Source: an uncultured bacterium (GTDB lineage: Bacteria; Krumholzibacteriota; Krumholzibacteriia; LZORAL124-64-63). From it: a stretch of 64,000 bases of DNA. The notes below the pieces were generated by a model. The model was not told the origin of the DNA, made no database searches, and saw only the letters and a list, made by a program, of their open reading frames with translations. A program made the position numbers and the translations under genes. Positions 18,854 through 29,194 of this stretch are shown one piece after another. Numbering within the stretch: position 1 is the first letter of the stretch; the number at the start of each line of letters is the position of its first letter. The DNA lies in the NCBI GenBank assembly GCA_963727525.1, contig CAVSGO010000004.1, forward strand, positions 1-64,000. Direction: 5' to 3'.

Positions 18854-18910
18854 CTAGCGCGGCCCAGACCCGTCCGTCCGGCGGTGACGCCACCACGAAC
18901 GACGGGACAT
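18854..18910 (-). CDS. trpL: trp leader peptide [18 protein letters not shown]
   Basis: 18-codon ORF with tandem TGG TGG, 25 bp upstream of the terminator that precedes trpB; not in the supplied ORF track. Confidence 0.85.
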   Translation of the reverse strand: MSRRSWWRHRRTDGSGPR

Positions 18911-19055
18911 GATCAAGACCTGCAGCACGACGAACCTTTCGTTGAACGTCGCATGATGATACAGGAAACCTCAGATTCGCGCAACAGGGGTGTCCGCCAC
19001 TGTGGATTGGATTTAGTTGATGGTATCGTCTTCGCACCACCGCGAGGAGGCCACG

Positions 19056-22000
19056 ATGTTCCCGCGCTTCGGCGCCGCGTTCCTGCTCATCGCCGTCAGC
19101 TCCACGTTCGTTCTCGCAGCGACGGACGGCGACGTGCGCGTCCTCGCCGTCGACCGCGTGGGGCAGGTCGCAGGACTCGATCCCGCGGGCGACGTGCTCT
19201 CCGTGAGTCTGCATCACGAGATCACCGGCGACTGGCTGCGCGTGAGTTTCGTATCGGTCGCCGGCGATCTCGCGGGCGTGGTGGCGGGCGATGGTGTGGC
19301 TTCGCGGCCCGCGTCGATCCCGCTGCGGATCGAGGCCGCCACGGCATCGGGCACGGAGGTGCTCGTCGACTCGGCGTTGCGCCGCACCACGACGAGCTAC
19401 GGCGTCGACAGCCATTCCGGCTTGACGATGCGTGTGGGTGATCCCGATGCGGTGTGGCTCGCCCTTCCCGTGCTACTGGCGACGCCAACCACGGTGTTCA
19501 CGGTGACGACGCTGCCTTGCGAGGTCGTACGCACTACGGCGGGCGCCCGCGCGTACGCTGCGAATTGTGCCCTCGTCCTCGGGGCAGCGTCGGGGATCGC
19601 CGATGCGGACGCGTTTCATGTTCGCAATGCGGACGGTGGATACTCCGGTCTCGACGAAGCACTACGCGTGCACGAAGCCGCCCGCGTACCGGGCAACTTC
19701 CACGTGTCGGGTCCGTTGCAGACCGCGGCGGCCTGGGCCGCCGCCGGCGGGGCTACTCGCGACTTCAATGCCTGGCTGGCCGCCGGGGTGAAGGCCGGCT
19801 GGGCTGACATCGTGACCTCGGCGTATGCCCTGCCCATCATGCCGTTCCTGCCCAACGCGCTGAACGACCTCGCGGTGAGCACCGAGACCAGGATGGCGGC
19901 GTGGCGCTACGGGGCGACGCCCACCGTCGGCTGGGTCCCGCGGGGCGTGTGGTTGAGTCGTGGCGAGTATCCGTCTCGCGGTGTGCTCGACGATATCGCG
20001 GACAACTGGCTCCCTTACGGCGTGCGTGCCGTGATCGTCGACGCGGACGTGCACCTGCGTGGTCACGACGTGCACCGTATCTCCACGCTGGCGAGCAACG
20101 GCCTGCGCCTCGTGCCCCGCGATCCGGCCTTCAGCCGCGCCATCGTCGGCGGCGACGGGCGCACCGCGCTCGGCATCGTGGCGGCTCTCGCCAGTGACGG
20201 CGCGGGCGCAGGCCGCCTCGCGGTGATGGCTGCGAACTGGTCGTCGGTCGCCGGAATCGGCGACGAGGCCGCGGCGACGCCGCGGGCCGGGGAAGCGTAC
20301 GCCTGGTTCGTCGCCAAGTGTGCTGCTGAGCGTGCTTGGCTCACCACCTGGAAGCTGAGCGAGGCAGTGGCGAACCCGGCCTTCGCGGGCGATACGATCT
20401 CCATCACGCCGGGAGCCGCGACGGAGTTCGGTGGTGTCGGCGGCTACGGCGGCAGCGACAACCTCTGGTACGCACGGTGGAGCGCCTGGGTCCCGTACGC
20501 CACGGGCGGCGACGGTCACGGCGATTGCGCGGGTCACTCGGGCAACTGCAAGTCGTTCGGCGCCCTGAAGGACGATGCCTACCGTGCGCTGCGGGCGGCA
20601 CCCGACAACACGATCTCCCGGGCCGGCTGGTACGTGCTCATGTCCTCGCTCCGCGAAACCGGGTGGCAGGACGGCGAACTCGACGGTCGGCTGTTCCGCG
20701 ACGCAAGCCACCTCAAACAGGTCATGATCTACGCCGCGGCGGCGCGCTGGGCGGACGGCCAGAGCAAGACCACCACGGCCGCCTACGCCACCGACATCGA
20801 CGGCGATGGGACTCCCGAGGTCGTCATGCACAACGATCGCCTCTTCGCAGTCTTCGAGGCCATCGGCGGTCGCTGCACGAATCTCTTCGTCAAGGGGCCC
20901 GGTTACGCGGACACCGCCATCGGCGTCGACACCGTGCCCTGGTCGGGTACCGGTGCCGATGTCAATGATGACAACCACGTGGGCGCGTTCAGCGATGTCG
21001 GTCCGAACTACCAGCACGATCCCTACGACCTGCGGGTCGTGCGGGGACACGGCAGGACGGTGACGATCCGGGCGACCTTCGCCGAGGTGACCAAACAGAT
21101 CTCCCTCACCGAGGGGCAACCGTGGCTCGAAGCGATCTACGACGTCGGGCCGACGTACCACTGGGTGCGGGCCGGGTTCACGCCGTCGCTCGTGGACCAG
21201 ATCTGGAACGCCCGGATGGATAGGGTGGGTCAGGCGTCGCGGGCTTATGTGGGGCAGCGCGATCCGGTGACGGGCGTGACGGTGGCCTGGGTCCTGGGCC
21301 AGGCCGGTGCCGGCTACCAGGGAGACTTCGCGGCCATGCTCATGCGGGGCGACGAGCTGAAGCTCTGGGGCGTGACGGCGGTACGGCTGTACGCCGGCGT
21401 GACGTCAGCACCTGAGAGCGCCGGGGTCACGGAGCTGCAGTCCCTGGCCGACGGGTTCGTCGACACGATCGGGCCGCGGCCTGTGGCGGCGCTGTGGCAC
21501 CCGATACGCCGTGTCCTCGAGGTCACGTTCGACCAGCCGATCGTCGAGTCGACCTTCGAGCCTTCGGGGCTCAGTTTCGATGCCGATGGCGACGGCATCG
21601 CCGACGCCGTCGCGGGTGCGGGCGCCGAGGTCATCCCGAGCGATGACATCTTTCGCCTCGCGGTCCAGCTCGACGCTGCCCACGGCGACGCGCTGAACGC
21701 GCACACCGCCGAGGGGCTGCGACTCATCCTGGACGCATCGTCGATCGACGATACTCACGGCGTGGGAAACCCGGCCGACTCGGCGGCCGTGCAGTGGGCG
21801 GCTCCCACGTCCGTGAACATCGATGGGCGCTTCGATGCCGGCGAGTGGGGGACCTACGAGGAGTATGACGACGGCGACAGCGAGTGGGCGAACGAGAACG
21901 AGATCGCCAGCCTCCACGTGAGCTGGGACGCGCACTACCTCTACCTCGGATTGCAGGGCCGAGTGAACGACAACTCGTGGCTCCTCTATCTCGATGTCGA

Positions 22001-22775
22001 TCCGGGCAGCGAGCATGGTGCGAGCGATCTCTCGGCGATCGACGCCTGGGAGCGAGGCACGGTGTTCACCGCGCCGGGGTTTGCGGCCGACTTCCAGTAC
22101 GGGGCCCGGCAGCATCAGACGGGCGACGACGCGCAGAGCCTGTGGCGCATCGATTCCGCGACGCACGCCGTCGACATCTCGGCCGCGGCGATCATGGCGT
22201 TCGATCCCGATCACGTCCACGGCGACGCCGGCGGCAGCGAACTGGCGATCCCCTGGAACACGCTCTACGGCCTGGGCCCTCGCAGCGTCCCCGCCGGTGC
22301 CCGGATCGCGGTGGCCGCGTCGCTGTGCTGGGATCCGGCGCCCGGCGGTATGCTCGGCGGCGACTCGGTTCCGAACAACCGCAGCGCGGTCCTGCCCGTG
22401 ATCGACCACGTGCTGACCTACGACCTCGATCTGGACAACGACGGCGTCCCCGATCCGCTCCAGCCCACGGCGGCGGTCGACATGCCGGCGAGCGGCGTCC
22501 GCCTCGACCCGCCCTACCCCAATCCTTTCAATCCGATGACCACCGTGTCGTTCACATTGCCATCCGGGGCGCCCGCCGCCGTGCATCTGGCGGTCTTCGA
22601 CGCCCGTGGACGCCGCGTGGCCGTGCTGGTGAACGATACGCTCGCTCCAGGCCGGCATCGCGCGACCTGGCAAGGGGTGGACACCCGGGGACGACCGGTG
22701 GCCGCGGGAACCTACTTCTGCCGACTCGTGAGCGAGGGGGCGGCGCGCACGCAGATCATGACGCTTGTGAAGTAG
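19056..22775 (+). CDS. Secreted GH57-like (4-alpha-glucanotransferase-type) multidomain protein with FlgD-Ig/CTD; catalytic motifs degenerate
   Basis: GAGGAGG RBS, signal peptide; [46 protein letters not shown]...GG (DUF1926-like); IDG.FD..EW sugar-binding-like domain; NPFNPMTT tail. Confidence 0.65.
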   Translation: MFPRFGAAFLLIAVSSTFVLAATDGDVRVLAVDRVGQVAGLDPAGDVLSVSLHHEITGDWLRVSFVSVAGDLAGVVAGDGVASRPASIPLRIEAATASGTEVLVDSALRRTTTSYGVDSHSGLTMRVGDPDAVWLALPVLLATPTTVFTVTTLPCEVVRTTAGARAYAANCALVLGAASGIADADAFHVRNADGGYSGLDEALRVHEAARVPGNFHVSGPLQTAAAWAAAGGATRDFNAWLAAGVKAGWADIVTSAYALPIMPFLPNALNDLAVSTETRMAAWRYGATPTVGWVPRGVWLSRGEYPSRGVLDDIADNWLPYGVRAVIVDADVHLRGHDVHRISTLASNGLRLVPRDPAFSRAIVGGDGRTALGIVAALASDGAGAGRLAVMAANWSSVAGIGDEAAATPRAGEAYAWFVAKCAAERAWLTTWKLSEAVANPAFAGDTISITPGAATEFGGVGGYGGSDNLWYARWSAWVPYATGGDGHGDCAGHSGNCKSFGALKDDAYRALRAAPDNTISRAGWYVLMSSLRETGWQDGELDGRLFRDASHLKQVMIYAAAARWADGQSKTTTAAYATDIDGDGTPEVVMHNDRLFAVFEAIGGRCTNLFVKGPGYADTAIGVDTVPWSGTGADVNDDNHVGAFSDVGPNYQHDPYDLRVVRGHGRTVTIRATFAEVTKQISLTEGQPWLEAIYDVGPTYHWVRAGFTPSLVDQIWNARMDRVGQASRAYVGQRDPVTGVTVAWVLGQAGAGYQGDFAAMLMRGDELKLWGVTAVRLYAGVTSAPESAGVTELQSLADGFVDTIGPRPVAALWHPIRRVLEVTFDQPIVESTFEPSGLSFDADGDGIADAVAGAGAEVIPSDDIFRLAVQLDAAHGDALNAHTAEGLRLILDASSIDDTHGVGNPADSAAVQWAAPTSVNIDGRFDAGEWGTYEEYDDGDSEWANENEIASLHVSWDAHYLYLGLQGRVNDNSWLLYLDVDPGSEHGASDLSAIDAWERGTVFTAPGFAADFQYGARQHQTGDDAQSLWRIDSATHAVDISAAAIMAFDPDHVHGDAGGSELAIPWNTLYGLGPRSVPAGARIAVAASLCWDPAPGGMLGGDSVPNNRSAVLPVIDHVLTYDLDLDNDGVPDPLQPTAAVDMPASGVRLDPPYPNPFNPMTTVSFTLPSGAPAAVHLAVFDARGRRVAVLVNDTLAPGRHRATWQGVDTRGRPVAAGTYFCRLVSEGAARTQIMTLVK

Positions 22776-22866
22776 CGGTTCTGCCTTCAAGATCTGGCCA
22801 GGCTCCGGGCTGCCTGGCCCGGGCCGTGTGCCCCGCCTGGACCCACTCGCGAGCGAGGTCGGCCCG

Positions 22867-23730
22867 ATGGAAACCCCCGGTTCCCGCAGCCACCCGCCCT
22901 ATCCACCGATCCTGGCCGTCTCGGACGGCACCGGCAGCAGTGCCGATCACCTCATCCGGTCCATGCTCGTGCAGTTCGGCGATCCGGCGATCCCGGTGCT
23001 GAAGGTGCCCGGGGTGAGCACCCCCCAGGACGTGGCCAATGCCGTCTCGCTGGCTGCCGACCGCGGCGGCACGATGGTGGTGCACACGATTCTCGATGCC
23101 CGGTTGCGCACGGAACTGGTGAACCGGGCTCGTGAGCTCGGGATGCAATGCATCGATCTCGTGGGCGAGTTGCTCGACGGCCTGGCCCAGCAGCTCGGTC
23201 CACCGAGCACGCTGCGTCCGGGACTCTACCGCCGCTTGCACAGCGAGTACTTCCAGCGCGTCGAGGCCATCGACTTCGCCATCAGCCACGACGATGGTCA
23301 GAATCCCGAGGCGTTGCCGGATGCCGACATGGTGCTGCTCGGCGTGTCCCGCAGTGGCAAGACGCCGCTGAGCATGTACCTCGCCATGCAGGGCTGGAAG
23401 GTGGCGAACGTGCCGCTGGTGGCGGGCATCACGCCACCGAGCCAGCTCGCGCAGGTCGATCCGCGCCGGATGGTAGGGCTGACGATCAGTTCCGAGCTGC
23501 TCGTCCATCACCGCGCGTACCGCCAGTCGGCCCTGGGCACGTTTTCCACGCTCTACACCGATCCGGCGCGCATCTTCCACGAGATCGAGACGGCACGTGT
23601 CTACTACAAGCGCATGCGCGTGCCGATCGTGGACGTGACGAACAAGCCCATCGAGTCGAGTGCGCGGGAGGTGGTGAGCGCGATCACGCGCCGCCTGGGA
23701 CCCGAGAACCTGCCGGGGCAGGAGATCTGA
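22867..23730 (+). CDS. ppsR: PEP synthase/PPDK regulatory kinase-pyrophosphorylase (DUF299)
   Basis: VSDGTG, EYFQRVEAIDF...HDDG, LLGVSRSGKTPLSMYLA, ANVPL, DVTNKPIE. Confidence 0.9.
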   Translation: METPGSRSHPPYPPILAVSDGTGSSADHLIRSMLVQFGDPAIPVLKVPGVSTPQDVANAVSLAADRGGTMVVHTILDARLRTELVNRARELGMQCIDLVGELLDGLAQQLGPPSTLRPGLYRRLHSEYFQRVEAIDFAISHDDGQNPEALPDADMVLLGVSRSGKTPLSMYLAMQGWKVANVPLVAGITPPSQLAQVDPRRMVGLTISSELLVHHRAYRQSALGTFSTLYTDPARIFHEIETARVYYKRMRVPIVDVTNKPIESSAREVVSAITRRLGPENLPGQEI

Positions 23731-24356
23731 TGGACCCAGGCGCCCTGCTGCCATACCTCGGTGCCTGCGTGCTGCTCACTCTCGCGCCCGGGCCCGACAA
23801 CATCTTCGTCATCACACAGGGCCTGGCGCGCGGACGGTGGCTGGCGCTGTGCGCGGCGTGGGGGATGGTGAGCGGCATCCTCCTGCACACCACGGCCGCG
23901 GCCCTTGGCATCTCGGCCGTCTTCGCGGCCAGCAACCTCGCCTTCCACGCCGTGAAGTATGCCGGCGCTGCGTACCTGCTCCTGCTCGCCTGGCGCACGC
24001 TGCGGGAGCGTGGCGTGCTACACGTGGGCGCGGGCGCAACGGCCGCCGGCGCGTTCGCCCTCTACCGCCGCGGTTTCCTGATGAACGTGCTCAACCCCAA
24101 GGTGGCCCTGTTCTTTCTCGCGTTTCTGCCCCAGTTCGTGCGGCCTGGTGCAGGCTGGCCGGTGTGGTTGCAGATGGCGGCGCTGGGTCTGGTGTTCATG
24201 GTGCAGGCGTTCGCACTCTTCAGCCTCATCGCGCTGTTCTCCGGGACGCTCGGCGAGGTCCTCACGCGCAGCTCGCGCGTGCAACGGATCTTCGGTTGGC
24301 TCACGGCCGCCGTATTCATCGGTCTGGCCCTGCACCTGGCGCTGGCCGGGCGTTGA
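23730..24356 (+). CDS. LysE/RhtB family translocator
   Basis: APGPDN, KYAGAAYL, GFLMNVLNPKVALFFLAFLPQF; TGATG overlap with upstream stop. Confidence 0.9.
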   Translation: MDPGALLPYLGACVLLTLAPGPDNIFVITQGLARGRWLALCAAWGMVSGILLHTTAAALGISAVFAASNLAFHAVKYAGAAYLLLLAWRTLRERGVLHVGAGATAAGAFALYRRGFLMNVLNPKVALFFLAFLPQFVRPGAGWPVWLQMAALGLVFMVQAFALFSLIALFSGTLGEVLTRSSRVQRIFGWLTAAVFIGLALHLALAGR

Positions 24357-24438
24357 CGCACTGGCCGGGCAGTGAGGACCATGGTATCGTGATCTGCATA
24401 CCGAACGGCTCTATTCACGCTCGACAGGAGTGTTTGCC

Positions 24439-25257
24439 ATGCCGGCCAAGGTGCCCGGCCGCCGCCACGCGGTCCTTGCCCTCGCCCTCGTCCTGATCAT
24501 CCTCGTCGCAGCCTGCGCCACGGTGCCTGTCACCGGCCGCAAGCAGCTCAACCTCGTGCCGTCGGGACAGATGCTCTCGATGAGCGGTCAGGAATACGAC
24601 CAGTTCCTGTCCGAACACCCGCTGAGCCAGGACGCCGGGGCCACCGCGATGATCAATCGAGTGGGCGCCCGCATCCAGGGCGCCGTGGAGAAGTACTTTC
24701 GCGACAACGGCATGTCAGACCGTCTCGATGGCTATCAGTGGGAGTTCAACCTGGTCCAGAGCGACGAGGTGAACGCCTGGTGCATGCCCGGTGGCAAGGT
24801 CGTGTTCTACACCGGGATCTTGCCGGTCTGCAAGGACGACACGGGTGTGGCGGTGGTCATGGGCCATGAGGTCGCCCATGCCGTGGCCCAGCACGGCAAC
24901 GAGCGTATGAGTCAGGGGCTCCTGGCGCAGTTCGGGGGGATGGCGCTCGATCAGGCGCTCTCCAGCAAGCCGGAGCAGACGCGGCAGCTCGCCATGACCG
25001 CGTTCGCCGTGGGCGCCCAGTACGGCGCTCTGCTGCCGTACAGCCGTCTGCAGGAGAGCGAGGCCGATCACCTGGGTCTCATCTTCATGGCGATGGCCGG
25101 ATACGATCCTCACGCGGCGGCGGATTTCTGGCAGCGCATGTCGTCCCAGGGTGGCGGGGCGCCGCCGGAGTTCATGAGCACGCACCCCTCGGACGAGTCG
25201 CGTATTCGCAAGATCCAGGAGGAGCTGCCGGAGGCGTTGCAGTACTACCGGCCGTGA
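24439..25257 (+). CDS. M48 family metallopeptidase lipoprotein
   Basis: Lipobox LVAAC; TGRKQL, NAWCMPGG, HEVAH, E.EAD, STHP. Confidence 0.9.
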   Translation: MPAKVPGRRHAVLALALVLIILVAACATVPVTGRKQLNLVPSGQMLSMSGQEYDQFLSEHPLSQDAGATAMINRVGARIQGAVEKYFRDNGMSDRLDGYQWEFNLVQSDEVNAWCMPGGKVVFYTGILPVCKDDTGVAVVMGHEVAHAVAQHGNERMSQGLLAQFGGMALDQALSSKPEQTRQLAMTAFAVGAQYGALLPYSRLQESEADHLGLIFMAMAGYDPHAAADFWQRMSSQGGGAPPEFMSTHPSDESRIRKIQEELPEALQYYRP

Positions 25258-25269
25258 TCGGCCGCCGGG

Positions 25270-26112
25270 CTACTGGTCGCCGCCCGGGGCCCGGACGATG
25301 CCGCTGTCGTGCATCATCTGCAGCTTCATGCGCTCGTCCGGGCCGATCGGCATCACCTGGGGCGCGCTGCCGTCGCTGAAGAGCATGAGCTTGCGATCCG
25401 TCGGAATCTCGACGGGGTCGTCGCCGGATCGGGGCGTCACGTTCACGGCGCCGTCCCAGAGGCAGAAGCAGGAACCGCCGGGTACGCACATCACGGCGAA
25501 GGTGGTGCCGGTGATCGTGCCGGATCCTTCGGCCGTCTCGAGGTGCATCGTGAAGCCGAGCGGCTGGCCACCGGTGGTGCCGTAGATCTCGCCCGCAGCC
25601 ACGCGAAGCGTGCGATCGTGGCCGAACCAGCGTCCAGGCGGCGGCGGCAGGGTGATGCGGCTGCTGGGGCGCATGCGAAGGCGTAGCGTCTCGCCGAGCT
25701 GGAACTCGAACTCCGTGTCGGCGGGTGTGGTGAGAGTACCGGCGGCGATGACGGAACCCGGCGCGGGTAGCGTGACGCCATCCGGCGCCGCCACGTCGGT
25801 GACGACCCAGCGGCTCACCGGTTGGTGGCCATACCACAGCAGTCCAATCGCGGCCGCGGCGATCACCGCGGCAAGCGGCCACACGCGCTGGCTCCAGGAC
25901 CGGCTCCGCGGCGGCACCTTCACCGCACCGCGCGGCGTGGCCGGTGCCGTCTCCTGCGCCGGGTCGACGCCGGACAGGAACGCGCGACGCGCCCGCTCGC
26001 GGGCGCCGGCGGGCGCCTCGGGAAGCGGGAGGCGAGCGAGCGCCGCGAGGGCCTGCTGGCTCTCGGCGGACATGGGCTCGTCGGGCCTCTTGATGTCGTC
26101 GCGTTCGTTCAT
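25270..26112 (-). CDS. Anti-sigma factor, single TM plus FecR-like periplasmic domain
   Basis: Overlaps ECF sigma stop; TM LAAVIAAAAIGLLW; FecR-like 'LETAEG...ITGTTFAV...DGAVNV'. Confidence 0.7.
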   Translation of the reverse strand: MNERDDIKRPDEPMSAESQQALAALARLPLPEAPAGARERARRAFLSGVDPAQETAPATPRGAVKVPPRSRSWSQRVWPLAAVIAAAAIGLLWYGHQPVSRWVVTDVAAPDGVTLPAPGSVIAAGTLTTPADTEFEFQLGETLRLRMRPSSRITLPPPPGRWFGHDRTLRVAAGEIYGTTGGQPLGFTMHLETAEGSGTITGTTFAVMCVPGGSCFCLWDGAVNVTPRSGDDPVEIPTDRKLMLFSDGSAPQVMPIGPDERMKLQMMHDSGIVRAPGGDQ

Positions 26113-26720
26113 TGCTGGTCTCTGGTTTCGGTCAGCCGGGCCTTGTATACCTGTCCGAGGCGAGCCACCGCCCGGCTGTGGCGTTGCCTCACGTTGTCCG
26201 GTTTCAGCTGGAGAAGGTCTGCGATCGCGGCCGTGTCAAGCTCCTGATAGTTGCGCAGCAGAATGATCTCCTGGTCGTCGTTGGCGAGGCTGGCCAGGGC
26301 CTCGCGTACCGCCTGGCACTCGGCTTCCTTCTCGAGCTTCTCGTCGACACGCTGCTTGCCGTCGGTAAGTGGCAACTCCTCCGGCTGGGCGGCGTCGCGG
26401 CGTACGGTCTCGCTCTTGTGTGTGCCCGAGCGCCAGAAATCGCGGACGGTGTTGACGGCGATCGTGAACACCCATCCGGTCGGGTCGCGCCCGGAATCCA
26501 GCCGGTGGAGATTGCGGTGGATCCGCAGAAAGGTGTCCTGGGTGAGGTCGGCCGCGAGATTGGGATCGTGCACCAGGTGGCAGAGGTAGCCGAAGATGCG
26601 ATTGTAGAAATAGTCGAAGAATCCGTTCATCGCCTCGGTCTGACGACGCTTCACCGCGTCCAGGAACTCCGCCTCGAAGGGTGAGTCCTTGGGATCTTCG
26701 CGAGATTGTGAACGCGTCAT
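26109..26720 (-). CDS. ECF sigma-70 factor
   Basis: AADLTQDTFLR, WVFTIAVNTVRD, region 4 'EIILLR.YQELD..IADLL......VRQRHSRA'. Confidence 0.9.
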   Translation of the reverse strand: MTRSQSREDPKDSPFEAEFLDAVKRRQTEAMNGFFDYFYNRIFGYLCHLVHDPNLAADLTQDTFLRIHRNLHRLDSGRDPTGWVFTIAVNTVRDFWRSGTHKSETVRRDAAQPEELPLTDGKQRVDEKLEKEAECQAVREALASLANDDQEIILLRNYQELDTAAIADLLQLKPDNVRQRHSRAVARLGQVYKARLTETRDQQ

Positions 26721-27351
26721 CGACGACCACCGGCGCGGATTCTGGAAAGGAGAATCTCCGCGTCATGGTACTGGATTTTCGTAAAATCGCGTACATGAAA
26801 TTCTCGTCTTCCGGTGGTTTCCCGTCCCAATGCGTTCTGTGCGAGGTACTGTCGCCATCCTTCCCGCGTGACACGACCGACCGCGACGCCCCTCTGATCG
26901 TGGGTGCGCCCGGTGTGTCTTGATCGTGTAAAATGAATATAAACAATAGTTTATATGAATTGCCCTGCCAGGTTCTGCGGCCCGAAATTTTTTGAGAAAC
27001 GTGAGGGCGAACCAATCATTGGGGTCGATGAGCGGGCCCCGCGGCGTCGCGCGTCTCTCGATGATGTATGTCCTCGACGTCAGCGTCGGCTTCGCCGTAG
27101 CCGGCACACTGCAACGGCGATCCCACGCGGCTTCCTGACCGACGCGGGACCGTGATCGCCGGTCCTGCGGCGTGGTGCCGTCCCATGGGGAGAAATTTTA
27201 AAACCTATTCTCGCGGTATGTTTTTTGGTAGGATGATTCTGGTGCTGCATTATCGAAGACCGCGCTCGTTTTCATCGCGTCGATCGGCGCGGCCGCGATT
27301 GCACCGGGCAGTGTCGATCCGGTCGGTGGATGGACCAGGAGGTCGATCGCG

Positions 27352-29106
27352 ATGCTCGGACCCCGGAATTCGACCGCAGACGCATCCGCGGATCTCTTCC
27401 AGATCGTCGCGGCCCTCGAGCGGAGGGTGACGGCACTCGAGGCCCGTCTGGCGGCCTCCGCGGTCGGCGATCCGGTACTGCCCGACGTGGAGCCCGACTC
27501 CGGCGACCCATCCGTCGTTCCCGTCCCCGCGGCAGGCCCGCGTCTGCCGGCCATGGGCCGGGCCGTCCTCGTCGTGGCTGGCGCTTTCTTGTTGCGCGCC
27601 CTCACCGACACCCAGGTGCTTACTGGCACCGTCGGTGTCGCCCTGGGGCTCGCCTATGCGGTCCTCATCATCATCCTCGCCAACCGGCAAGCGCGCGCGG
27701 GGCAGCGCGCCGAGGCGGGGCTGTCGAGCTTGGCCGCGGTCATCGTCGTCTATCCGCTCCTGTGGGAAACGTCAACCAGGCTCGGCTTCTTGCCGCCCCA
27801 TGCTGCCGCTGCCGCACTCGTGGGCGTGACGGGATTCGGATTGATCGTGACGATTCGCCACGACCTTTACGCGGTCGCGTGGGTCTTTGTCGCGGCTGCC
27901 CTGATCACGACCGCCGGTTTGTGCTGGCTGAGCGCGATTCCCGAGCTTTTTGGCGGCGCCGCGGTGGTTCTGGGTATCGGAACGCTCTGGATCGCCTACT
28001 TGCGGGGCTGGTGTGGTCCGCGCTGGCCGGCCGCGGCCCTGGCGAACCTGCTCGTGCTGCTGCTCGCATTCCTGGCGATCAACGAGGGCGATCCGGCGCC
28101 GGGGCGGCCGGTGCCGGTCGCCGGGGCGACTCTGGTCCTCGCCTTCGCGCTGCCGACCAGCTACCTCGCGAGCTTCTTCGCTCGGGCTTTGCAGCGACGC
28201 CACGCTGCCAGCGCTTTCGAGATCCTGCAGACGCTTGGCTGTGTCCTGGTCGGCGTCCTCGGTGCCGTGGTTGTCTTGCGCTCGCGCGGCCATAGTCTCG
28301 TGGGTATGGGCGCGATAGCGACCGTGGTCGGAGCAACCAGCTACGCGCTCGCGTTCGCGTTCGTGCGCCGCAAGCACGGACGCGGCCTGAACTTCTTCTA
28401 CTTCGCCTGGCTCGGCTGCGTCCTCACGCTGATTGGCACGGCATTCGTCATGCCGGCCGCAGCGATTCCCTATCTCTGGGGTGTCCTCGGTCTCGCCGCC
28501 GCGTCGACCGGGGGCGTATTCGACCGCTGGACGTTGCGCCTGCACGGGGCCGCGTATCTGCTCGGAGCCGCCGCGTATACGGGTCTGCCGGTCGTGGCCG
28601 CGAACACGTTCCTCGCGCCGGTCGGCCAGACCTGGCACCACCTGCACGTCTCGGGTCTCGTCGTGTGGCTGCTTGCCGCCGTCGGCTACGGCGTCCTCGC
28701 TTTCACGCAACGCGGCTGCGAGCTACGGACGTGGGAACGTCTGCCACGTGCCCTGCTCGCCTTGCTCGCTCTCGTGGGCGCCGGCAGTGTGCTCGTCGTC
28801 GCACTGGTCAACGGCATGCAAGGTGCGGTACCCGGCCAAGGCCCGGCGATGGTCGCCGCGGTTCGCACTGGCGTCATCACGGCCAGCGCCATCGCCCTGG
28901 CAGCCGTGTCGCGCGGAGCGAACCTCCCGGAGCTGGCATGGTTCGTCAATCCCCTGCTGATCGTGGCCGGTGTGAAGCTCCTGGCGGAAGACCTGCGGCG
29001 CGGCACGCCGGTATCCTTGTGTGTCGCGTTCGGCTGCTTCGGGCTTGCCCTGATCCTGAGTCCCCGCCTGCGGTGGCGCCGTGTCTCGCATGGCGACGAT
29101 CGTTGA
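27352..29106 (+). CDS. Polytopic membrane protein (DUF2339-like)
   Basis: AGGAGG RBS; N-terminal coiled coil LERRVTALEARL; many TM helices; 'AGAFLLRALTD' and 'KLLAEDLRRG'. Confidence 0.6.
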   Translation: MLGPRNSTADASADLFQIVAALERRVTALEARLAASAVGDPVLPDVEPDSGDPSVVPVPAAGPRLPAMGRAVLVVAGAFLLRALTDTQVLTGTVGVALGLAYAVLIIILANRQARAGQRAEAGLSSLAAVIVVYPLLWETSTRLGFLPPHAAAAALVGVTGFGLIVTIRHDLYAVAWVFVAAALITTAGLCWLSAIPELFGGAAVVLGIGTLWIAYLRGWCGPRWPAAALANLLVLLLAFLAINEGDPAPGRPVPVAGATLVLAFALPTSYLASFFARALQRRHAASAFEILQTLGCVLVGVLGAVVVLRSRGHSLVGMGAIATVVGATSYALAFAFVRRKHGRGLNFFYFAWLGCVLTLIGTAFVMPAAAIPYLWGVLGLAAASTGGVFDRWTLRLHGAAYLLGAAAYTGLPVVAANTFLAPVGQTWHHLHVSGLVVWLLAAVGYGVLAFTQRGCELRTWERLPRALLALLALVGAGSVLVVALVNGMQGAVPGQGPAMVAAVRTGVITASAIALAAVSRGANLPELAWFVNPLLIVAGVKLLAEDLRRGTPVSLCVAFGCFGLALILSPRLRWRRVSHGDDR

Positions 29107-29139
29107 CCGGCCGTGGGCGGGGTCGCTGGGCAGAAGAGA

Positions 29140-29166
29140 GGGGCCGGAACCCGAGGTCCCGGCCCC
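29140..29166 (-). terminator. Probable terminator of the S8 gene / convergent pair
   Basis: GGGGCCGGAACC-CGA-GGTCCCGGCCCC stem followed by TCTCTTCT on the minus strand. Confidence 0.55.
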
Positions 29167-29194
29167 AGCGACGATTTACGTCGTCAGTATGACA

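Noticed and set aside
26956..26972. Sigma54-like TGGCAGGGCAATTCA upstream of the ECF sigma
   Set aside because: The -12 GC dinucleotide is missing.
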